A DNA stretch of 64,000 nt from Piedraia hortae CBS 480.64 (taxonomy: Eukaryota), in contig MU005997.1 of NCBI GenBank assembly GCA_010093745.1, positions 62,001-126,000 on the forward strand, in the 5' to 3' direction. Below the pieces are notes generated by a model. The model was given only the letters and a program-made list of their open reading frames with translations, was not told where the DNA came from and ran no database searches. Every line of letters starts with the position of its first letter. Positions within the stretch are counted from its first letter, which is position 1. The translations under genes and the position numbers were made by a program. Below are positions 45,179-55,409 of this stretch, in pieces.

Positions 45179-46252
45179 ATGGGGAACTGGCGTAAGCTGG
45201 TCGCTTTTCTAAGCTGTGCTGTTGAGGATGTATCCGAACGGAAGCGAGACGAGGAGCAAGCAAAGCCTCCTCTGAAGCGACTAGCACCTGCTCGTCAATA
45301 CACAGACGACAAATATCTCGAGGCTAAACCTCCCAACCAAACTTGTGTTGAGAACTTCTCCCGACCTCTATCTCGACCGGCATCAACAGCATCTCTGCGA
45401 TGGGAAGGGCTACAGCCCCAAGCCTCACACAAGCGATCCTATTCGAACTTGTCTCTGCTGAATCTTTACGTCGACGAGCTGGATGAACTCCAAAAGCCCG
45501 AGAGGCGGCCTTCCCGACCCAGCATGGAACATCCAATCCAACGGAAGAAGAGGTCTAGTTTCGTGCAGGGCTCCACAGAAAGACCGATACTCAAGCGCAT
45601 GAGATCCAGTCCTTCTGCCGATTACATGAGCAAGGTCGACCAAAAAATTTCCGAGCTCAACGCCATCATAGAACGTCGTCGTGCGTGCAACAGAACACCT
45701 TCCGCTGATCAAGTCACACGTCTCCACACCCACACCAGCACAGCAGACCTTGGTATGCACAGCGACAGGAGGAAGCGGTCCAGCCAATACAGTCTCCGAC
45801 GAAGCGAATCCACCAGCTTCATTGAACGCCCCAAAATGCGCACCAGCCGAGTTGAAGCCGAAGTCTCCAGCCTCAACGTCATCGTCGAACGACGCCGCCA
45901 AGCCAGCGCGCGCCTGCCTCTTATCGAGCAGCACGTACCAGCCATAGCACCGACACTGAAGCTCTCCGCGCGATCCCAGACCCTAACGGACATCGGCTCA
46001 GCATTCGCCCGTCCTTACACCGCGTTGGAGACTGAAGAGCCCTCTCTCTGGATCGACGATGACGAAAGGCCCGATTCGGCTTCGACAGATGCGACGGTCA
46101 CGGCACCGGAACCGCTGAACCTCTTTCCGCCGGATTACTTGTGGGCCGACAGTCGTCTTCCCTCTTGGGGCTCCCACCACCCACTTGGATATGATGAGAA
46201 ATGTATTGATGAGAATTGGCCGTTGGGCGTTGTGCAGGTTCGTGATGATTGA
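45179..46252 (+). CDS. Hypothetical Ser/Arg-rich protein with an internal duplication
   Basis: 357-aa ATG ORF; HVPAIAPTLKLSARSQTLTDIGSAFARP looks like a conserved fungal motif; two E(L/V)..LN.I.ERRR units. Confidence 0.65.
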   Translation: MGNWRKLVAFLSCAVEDVSERKRDEEQAKPPLKRLAPARQYTDDKYLEAKPPNQTCVENFSRPLSRPASTASLRWEGLQPQASHKRSYSNLSLLNLYVDELDELQKPERRPSRPSMEHPIQRKKRSSFVQGSTERPILKRMRSSPSADYMSKVDQKISELNAIIERRRACNRTPSADQVTRLHTHTSTADLGMHSDRRKRSSQYSLRRSESTSFIERPKMRTSRVEAEVSSLNVIVERRRQASARLPLIEQHVPAIAPTLKLSARSQTLTDIGSAFARPYTALETEEPSLWIDDDERPDSASTDATVTAPEPLNLFPPDYLWADSRLPSWGSHHPLGYDEKCIDENWPLGVVQVRDD

Positions 46253-46539
46253 TTTAATGTACGATTGAATGAGTATGATTTTGTAGTTGGACATTAATAT
46301 GATGGCGATTGGTGAAGACGTCTAAGATGTGTTTCAAGCAAGCCGACTGCGCTGCAGTTTAGCAGGGTCTCTAGCCTGTCGCTCAAGCTGGGTTCTGCAT
46401 ATGAGCGTGTGTCCCAATCATAACCTTCGCGAGCCTTCTTCGACAACGGTAGCAGCGCAGCAAAGCCGTCCCAGTTCACTGACCGGCTTATTGTTTTACA
46501 GTTCCATTTGACCCATATCTTCTTTGCATGTCTCTTGCT

Positions 46540-47640
46540 CCCTCGGGTTCACCATTTTAAATCTCCATCCCATCCTTCTACTCATTTCTAACCTCAGATC
46601 TTCAATCACTCCATTCAACAGTATCGTCCACGAAGAAATGATACATCTCAACCGCTGAAGATACACCCATAGCACGTACATGTTCACTCTCACACCTCCC
46701 TCCCAGCTTGCCAATCTTGTCCACCGCAAGCATAAAGGCTGCAGAACCGCCGTTCTATTAAATCTCTCTGGAACACCCTATGTGGCAGAAAAATAACACC
46801 ATTACCTTAAAGTACACCACCCAGATGAGAAAAGGGATGGGTTACAGTCAAAATTTTTACAAAGATCCTAAGAACCATCCAGCTCCAACTACCAGAAGAA
46901 AAATCAACATAACCCCCCTATCCAGCCTTGTTAGCAAGAGGATGGGAACACCACGCAAAAACCGATTCTACGAACCGCCTCTACAAACCGCCTCTACAAA
47001 CCGCCCCGCCCCCAAAACCCCTATGCAGGCCACCCCTCAGCATCAAATTCCTCATCATCAGGAAGGAGATACGTGCTTGGCTCCGAGACAATCTCCTCTG
47101 CTGGCTCCAGAAACCCCTGCTCTATCTCGAACAACGTCAGCTCGTGTCCAAAATGTGGAGTATGTTCCCCTACCAACACCATAAATCCACTCTAGAATGT
47201 AGCCCAGCTGTGCGATGGAGAGACAGCGGCCGAAGGAGTTGGTGTCAATCCTTCGCGGGTGGGTTGCATCAGGGATCTTGCCGACTTGGTGGCTCATGCT
47301 ACACAGTGGTGTTATTTGGGTGGTTTGGGGGAGGGGTGTTTAACGGACTTGCTGAGAATAAAGGCTGTGTGTTTACGTGTGGGATGCGGGAGGACTTGGT
47401 GATGGAGGTGCGGTGAGTTTGTGGTGTGCAGAAGAGGGGGTTGAGTGGTGCAAGGAAACCACTGCGTGTAAGCAGCGACATCATTGCTTTCTCGGCGCTG
47501 AGATTCACCGGCACGCGCGACATCATATATGATGCTGCGCGTGCCGTTGGCTGTCTCTTTGGATGGGAAGGAGGGTTTGCTGTGGAGATCCAACTGACAT
47601 CTCAGCATCACGGACTGATGACTTTACCATGGTGACCTCA
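46540..47640 (+). pseudogene. Possible decayed gene (weak F-box-like N-terminus)
   Basis: Broken frames ILNLHPILL / FLTSDLQSLHSTVSSTKK*Y followed by fragmented ORFs; weak resemblance only. Confidence 0.2.
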
Positions 47641-48249
47641 GCCATGGCATAAGCTGTATGCTTCTCTTACCGAGGGGTTTCATGCCCCTCAGTGATCGTA
47701 CTCTCCTTCTCATGGGAGAGTATCGATAGACCCTGGATATAGCGGATCGATCTGGCCAAGAACTCTGTCCGCTATATCAAACTTCGACTTATCTTGGGTC
47801 GAGTGTCGAGTTTGTTTGGGTTTTTGACCACAAGGAAATCGCTGTGGATGAGGTGTCCGGACCTAGCAACCACAAGAAGACGCTAAACGCTGTATTTTGC
47901 ACCTGAAGCCAGTCTTCTGAGAACTGACTCTCGCAGCCCGCGCAATGGGCGTACAGCGTGGCAAGAATCGACGTCCTGAGAGAATGCGGCTTTGATGATC
48001 TTGTCGAACACTCCGGTGGAAGTTGAATGTCGGAAAGAACTGTGTATGTTGCGTGGGCAGGCAACGCATGACATGTGACAGCTATGCTGGCACCATCAAG
48101 ACAGCTGTCATACGTTATCGCATCGTAGACAAACCCAGGCCAATGATGCTGATGGCAGGATTCGATTGATTTCCGACTTCATATGACCGAGGATCTTCAG
48201 GCTGGATCCCCGTTCTCTGTATATTAATAAAGCTGGTCCTCTAAAACAT

Positions 48250-50085
48250 GACAGCTTTCCATGTAAGTGTGTGCGTTTACGTGTGCCGTGCCTCGAGGGC
48301 CCACTGTTGTGAATATGCGGTAATTACGCGCATTATTAGTAATCGGCGCTCGGCTCTCGACTTCACGCGTCAACTAGTTTTCCGTAGAGAATTGTATGCA
48401 GGTACACATCTACTCACAATTATAATACCCACTCTGGAGCGCATTTGCCGAACTCAAGTGCTATCATAGGATGACTTCATCACGGGAGAAATTTTCTTTG
48501 TGAGCTAGGAAACACCCGTGAAGTCTCGGGCACCAGCTACCCTTCTTAAGACCAACTCCCCCAGCACCGAGCTCCTCATGCTGTTCACAGCTAGATCTAA
48601 CCAGCCTATCAGGAAATGAATCAGTATTTTTCCACCACATGATACCTGAGACACAGAAACTACCAAGAAATAAATTTTGTTTGTTCCTGCACCACCTTGC
48701 ATTTAACTCCTCCGAGAAATTGTCCTTTTCTGAAACTTCCAACGATGACAAGGCGAACCACATGTAGGTTAGTTGGATGATCACCACACTCGACGCTGAG
48801 CTTCAGATGGTGCACTGCCTGCAATGTCCATCTCTGGGCGTTTGCGGTGCGGTCTACTCTCGAAGTCGGACCGCTCCGAGTCAGTTGAAGAGACTCGCAC
48901 TATCGAGGAGATATTGCTCTCGGGACTGAAAGTTTTCAAGTCATACGCAGAAGAGGATGATAGGGTATTTTGAAACTGCAATTTAGCTTTCCCCGCGATA
49001 ATATATCCAGCCGCTATATGTCTTGTCAATACTTTGCTGCGAGAATATGAATCATCTTTGTAGAACAGCTATCTAAGGAAAAAGGCCCATTGAGCCCTCC
49101 TATCGGACGACGAGCTGCCCATAACTACATTTCACATCACCTATCTCAAAAGGTCTGACCAGCACATTCCTACACAAGGCATCACCGATGATTCCACGCA
49201 CTTCCCACCTTGCGAAGGGCTTTTGAGCTGCCTGGCTCGGAGATGACAAGACTGATGGGTTCGACGAAAGCCGGCTCAACCCATGAACCAAACGGACTCG
49301 AATGGCGCTCGGTTGATGCTTACGTTATAATCGTCCAGGGCATATTTCCACTCAACGCATGGCCTGCCGAACCGTCCGCACCATTGCAACAACCATCCAA
49401 CCCGCGGCGCAGGAAAATGCGGGGCCCTTCATACACTGCACGAACAACCAAAACCAGGGACAGTGGCGCAGTTGGTCGGGTCAAAGATGATCGGATTGGC
49501 ACTACATTCCGCGTCGGAAATGGCCTGGGTTCTATGGCCATCAAAAACTCGAATCAGATCCAGGAAAGAAATGCTACTTCTTCCAGAGGCTTCAGGCCTA
49601 CTCGACGACAAGCCCCAGGACGTTTAAACCTCGCAAGTACGTGCAGACATCACGCCAGAGCCCAATATGGACACGCCGTTGGACAATACAGGCGCCAGTG
49701 ATAGAGACGCCGATCTGGAGATGCCCCTGACTCGTTGGCCATTTCGCCTGCTGCTGATGCTGCCACCAATCATGAAACTCCAGCTCTGGGATGCGGCAGT
49801 AATGTGGTGCGAAACCGCATGCTGAACATCCAGGGTGTGACGACTAGGCAGTAGACCCGAATTCACACACCGCGCATCAAACAATCTTTCGATACCGTGG
49901 TTCATGACCACAACACGCTTGAGCTCAAGAGGCTAGAGCTCGAGTATGCGAAACTAGAGTTGGAGAAGGAGAGAACGCGACTTGAGCACCGCCACCTGGA
50001 CCTACAGCGGGACGAGTTTGAGCATAGAAAACGTGTGTGGAAGGGAGAGCAGGCGAAATGCCCCAAGGGAGTAAGATGGATGTAA
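48250..50085. mobile_element. Degenerate PIF/Harbinger-like element: divergent DDE transposase (-) and Myb/SANT-like partner (+)
   Basis: Minus strand NC..VD[G]TCIQFST (48401-48413, one extra base) then RVIT/IFTTVGPRGTAH. Plus strand GNGLG..QE/KCYFFQRL and a C-terminal coiled coil LELKRLELEYAKLELEKER ending at 50085. Confidence 0.45.
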
Positions 50086-50239
50086 AATTCAAGAGCTATG
50101 CACCTCTACAGTGTGGCAAACTGATTGATGTGGGCGACAGTACTCTGGAGCAAAACCCTCCTGCCCCTAATTTCCTGGGCAAGAGGGCCTTTCCAAAGTG
50201 CCACCACCTTATTGCTGAGGAAAAGGCATGTATGCGTAG

Positions 50240-52070
50240 TTCGAGCATGCCTTCTGGCCGAATAGGAGGAGCCAGCCACAACTTTGATGACCTTGGAAGA
50301 TGTGAGGCGGGAAGCTTGGTAGTTTCGGGGTACATAAGTCCAGTGTCTTTCTGTAATCATAGGTTCCTGGATGGCAAGAATGGGACAAGTTTGCGGGTCG
50401 AGTGTGTCGAACAATTCCCTTGTGCTTCTGTTATTGGCGTTACCGCAGTTGTATTGTAGGATCCTTGTGTCTAATATTCAGAGTCTTTTGCTGTTATGTT
50501 CAGGTCCGCGCTTTTGGGGAGAACTGTCGGTGTCGCTGGAGTTGCCCGCAGGACAACATCCTCTGAGGTATTGTCTGCGTCAGATGTTGGGCCTCACGCG
50601 GCGACTGAGGGCACATATGCCTGGACGGCTTTCTCCGAAGGCCCTGGTAGCGGTGGCATCAGCAAAGGGAATGGACTGAAGGTTCAAGTACGTTGTCCTT
50701 CTACAAGGATAATCCATCGCTCATATCATTAATCAGCAATTCCATTGGGATAGACTGCTGGTGGTTCTGTTGTATGGAGTCTGTAGCTGCATTCAGCCTC
50801 TCTTCGATTTTCTATGTCTTTCACAAAATGCTTTATAGGCCGGGCACGATCGTGCCATCCATGCGGAGTGACCGGGTTGCTTGCACCCAGTGCATCTCGC
50901 GTGACGTTCGTCTTTTTGTTTACACTGGCGCGTGTCATGTGCTCCCGCACAGTAGCCGCAGGTGTCGGTGTTGGCGTTGCATACTGACTGGGTATGGCCC
51001 CATTTCCGGCACTTAAAGCATTGGACAGTCTTCATTGTCGTGTCCCACAGCTTTACTGGGAGCCAAAGAGCCCCATGATACATTTCCTCCTGGACGAGAT
51101 GCTGTTGGTCCTGCTCGGAAGCCACCTCCACAAGCAACGAGCCCTATGTCTGCTTCTTCTGTGTCCTGATATATTCCAATTGTTTGGCCGTATATAGCCA
51201 CGAGACTCGTTCAATCCTAAGAGCATTCTTCCCTGATATCATTTATCTACTCGTTGTTTTCTAGCCCACCTCTGTTGGTGATACGCGTGTCCAGAGGCAC
51301 GCCCATAACCATAAAGAGCTTGGGGCGACAAATTATTTCACATCCTCCGTTGTAGGAAAGCCCGTTGCTAGAATTTTGGTCTCGTCGCATGGTTAATCCC
51401 ACGGCAACCAAAACCTTGCCTTCAGCTCTTGGGTGTGGAATAGTGTCCTTGGCATCCGGTATCGATTGCTTGATCGTCTTGAGCTTTTCTTCGACCGTTT
51501 TCTCAGCATCTTCCTGGTTGTTGAGTCGTACCTCAACTGTGGCAGTTACTTTGCTTTTGCCCGCCACTTGACTCCAAAGGGGCTTACCCGCCATCACTTG
51601 GTTGGCAATGGGAGAGGTTACTGGTGCTCCCTTCTCCAACTTGTCGAGCCGTTTAATGATAATGTCCAAATTGACTTGAACGGCTCCGTCCGTAGTCACC
51701 GTGTTCTTCTCATGCTACATCATGGCCTGGCAGAGACCGAGGACGCTGTGCGCGTGTCAGGAGACCACAACGTTACCCTCCCCACCGAGACTTTCCACAA
51801 TTGATTTCTAGTGTCCCATGATCTCTCCGAGCAGTTGAGCTCTGTTTGTCCCCACCATTTCTGTTTCTGTGCCTCCCACGCGTGTTCCTCCGCTTCGCTT
51901 AGCCGGATGCGTCTTGGACGCATCCGACCCTCCAGGGCCGCCACTTCCCGTTCCCACGCTATACATAGCAGGCAACGGGCAGAATCCCTTCTTCTTGACC
52001 TCCTACATTCCTCTATCGCAGTCCGCTGCAAGAAAATGGTTCTTGTAAGGGTTTCACGTGGTCACATGAT
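50240..52070 (-). mobile_element. Tad1-like LINE (non-LTR retrotransposon) relic: ORF1 gag plus the start of the ORF2 endonuclease
   Basis: ORF1 zinc knuckles QCFKCRKWGHTQSVC, CGYCAGAHDTRQC, CTGCKQPGHSAW..C; ORF2 APE motifs ILQYNCG (50442-50462) and LAIQEP (QEP at 50361-50369); frameshifted, no RT seen. Confidence 0.85.
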
Positions 52071-53021
52071 GTTTTTCCATAAAAACTTTTGAGTCGCTTA
52101 TGAGAGCTAACAATACAAAAAAAATGTATGGATGCACAGTAGAAAGAATCAATGTGTCTAATTCGGAGCGCATTCGTACGTCTTAGCCTCATGGCGTATG
52201 GTGCTGGAAGCTCGCCAAAGATGGGCCATGATCTCAGGTGATTTCATAAAAACTTGTCCAGATATGAATTCTGCGGTACATTCTGTCTTCTAGTTCAATT
52301 GTCCCTCGGGGTCTCATCCGTAAGGTGCGCAAGATTGCGCGAAATCGCGTAAAATCGTCAGATTCCATGCGAATGTGGATGGCACGCCGCAGAATATCCT
52401 ACAGCCTTCCTAGTCAATTTGTTCGAAACACAGCATCTTAAAGATCAGATCTCGTTGAATTTCACGTCTGCGATCGTGCTTCGTGGCCCATTTGACAAGG
52501 GATTCAGAGGACAATTCAATGCAAACCCAAAATGGACATAATTCACGGCGATGGACAGAATGATCACTTGCAACGTATACCACTCAATTCTTTACAGGAT
52601 CACCACGCTAGCCTGCTTGCGACAGGCACACAGTGTATTTTGCTGACTCAAAACCAGAGAAGCCGTCGCGAAAGCAGCCCGTCAACTTCAAAGGAACATA
52701 ACTCAACTCGCAACCCTCACGCATGCCTGAAGCAATGTGTATGGAAAGGCCAATATGTACCATGTAAATCTCCAGAGCATACGCTTTCTAGAAAACTGAT
52801 TTAAAAACATGTCAGACCGTCGTGTGAGGTGTTATTCGCGTTTGAATTATTGGTAAAAATTTGTGAATGCAGTGGTGTACTGCCCGCAGTAGGGAAGACT
52901 TCAAGTGTACGTAGTGGGAAGACTTCTAACACATGCTGAAGGTGCAATTATCTGTTGCGTGTCGACACCGTGACTCCAATCCCAGCTTCCAGCTGTGGCA
53001 CTCACGGCCAAACAGCGCGGA

Positions 53022-54060
53022 ACACAATCCCAATCGTATTTTGAATACCCCTAGAGTATGTGTCTACCAGCGGTTTTAACCGTCTCATCGCTAGTTGAGC
53101 TATGGAAAACGCCTTCTGACGTCGATCGCCCAAGGTCAGAGCCACGGCTTGTGCGATCTATGGTAGAAATGTGGGGACGGGCGCGGTTGTGTGTGAGGCC
53201 CCTTGATGCCGCGCTACGAGCCCCGAGACTAAAGCCCACACGTTTTGCCATTTGAGCGAGAGACTCTGAGCAGCTGCGTGTGCGTTGGGTAGTAGAGTTG
53301 CCGGCGCGGGGGGTGAATGGAGGGTCAGAGAATGGGGATGCTTCGTGGAGGTCAAAACCGGAGAGGTCGCCAGGTGTACCGGAGTGGCCGGTACTAGGCG
53401 GAGACGTGTGGGACGTTTTGGAGGTAAACGGGGAAATTATGTTTCATGCCTGGGAAACGCATGTACGGCCCCTCAACGCCCATTTCTTGCATGCTGACCA
53501 TAAGCGTGCTGATAAATTTGTTCCGGCGGGCAAGACGGAGGCTTTCATCCTGCCAGTTGGACTTATAAAAGAAAGGCACGTTGAGATAGAGGCTGTGCTC
53601 TTGGAAAATGTCCCGGAGTTCTGTCAGGATATTTTCCTGGCATTCGCGCTTCCCGGGCTTGACGAACTCGACGAGCTTTTTGCGCACAGGCCTTCAATCT
53701 GCTCAAGGCTCGTGCCGTACTCTATTATTATACTCACAGCTTCCGCTAGAGCGCCGGACCGCCGCTGGTTCAAGATGAAATGCCTGTTGAGATGGCTGAT
53801 CAGGGCTCGTACGACGTGCTCTTGCATCCTTCTAAACTCCGTGTACAGCAAGCTGATCTTCTTTATAAAGGAATTATCCCCGCGGCTCAAATCGCGCGAC
53901 CCGCCATGTATCGTTACTCTGTTGCCAACATAAAACGGATGTTTGATGAAGACGAAGACGAAGACGACGGATTGGAGAAACTCCTGTGCCGTCACCGAAA
54001 AGAGGCAGGAAAGCGCCAGGATAATCGCGCTGGAGACGCTCAAGAGATTGGAAGCAGGCC
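53022..54060 (-). pseudogene. Partial, frameshifted copy of the 3' half of the adjacent MscS-like gene
   Basis: [84 protein letters not shown] align with 55480-56590. Confidence 0.92.
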
Positions 54061-55409
54061 CAGAGGGAGCGCGTGCACAATAGTGGATACGACAGCGCTA
54101 ACATCTTCCTCTGAGAATGCCGCCTTGAGATTTCCGTGGGCTTGTCAGCTCCTTAAAGCTTTGGACATTTTCCACGGGTATTTCTTTGTGACCTGTCAAG
54201 CAGGTGGGCGACGGAAGTGCTGTCTCATGTCGTAGTAATGACCAAAAGGAAGCAGCCGTGAGGAGGATATTGTCGCATAGCGTTGTCGATGGAGACACGC
54301 ATGCATAGGTTGTATCGCGGGCGTGTAGGATTCCAATCGACAAGGCTCTCGTTTCTGTCGAGAACGCGTACGCTCAGTGGCGATCTCTGAGCGTTGGCGA
54401 ATATCTCCCGGAAGAGGAATCTTCTCATCGCACTCCGATATCGGTGAATACTAGTACGGTGAACAATGTGTGTGATTTCTTTAGCATGGAAATGGTCGCA
54501 GGCGCGAGGAAATCTTGTGTGCCAAGGGTGCCCCATGTTGCGGCACAACTCGCCGTGATGACATCCTGTGACGTGACTACGCCTCAGAGGAATATTCATG
54601 GTGAGGTAAAAGCCCTGGGAAGTCCGGTGCGTCTGATATAGCATCTATGTCCTTACAAAGACGTAAAAGTGGAAAGAGCAACAAATGTGTGTTTATATCG
54701 TGTGTCTATTCCAAAAGAGACCTGCACGCATGCCAAGACGCTAACCCGACACCGTGGGCCAGGCCGCATTTTCTGAAGTCACATGCAATGACGTAACCCC
54801 ATCATCTGAGAAACGTATATGATGAGGGTTGGGGTTCTTGCTGTTGCATGTTTGTCTCACCGCCTCATCTTCCTGCATTAATCCTTTGAGCTTCCCATAG
54901 AGCTCAATAAATATTCCCCTTGAGAGACAAAAACCCTGTGAGATCTGACTCGTGCACAAGGGGTAAGCTGCATGTGAGGGTCTACCATCTTGCAGTTGGG
55001 AAGGTGTGATGATGGAACTGAATACCACTTAAAAAAAAAGAGAGTCAACTAATGTTTCGGTGGATAACAGACGCGCAATCAACTGGAGCTGCGAGTTGCG
55101 ATGCGAACGAGTCAACATCCGCCCCCACTTGCGGCCGCATTCGTCAACCTCATATCACACTAACTTTGCCCGGAGGGCATCTTTTCCCTGGCGTATACCA
55201 ACCCCGAGGAGTCATCACCCCAGACAAGCAGACCGGTCCACCCAGCAGCGACACCATCCCACCCTCCCCTGCACCCACGACTCTCACAACACAGAAACAA
55301 ATATACAAAAGGAACTTTTATGCAACGCTATGCCCCTTACCCACCCTTCTGCTGCCCCCATTCCGTATGCCTCCTCATAAGCCCTAGCCCCCATCAGCAA
55401 CTTCCTCCG

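Noticed and set aside
52880..52930. Short direct repeat gtag(t)gggaagacttc x2
   Set aside because: Only two copies with a short spacer; no array, so neither CRISPR-like nor a recognisable LTR.
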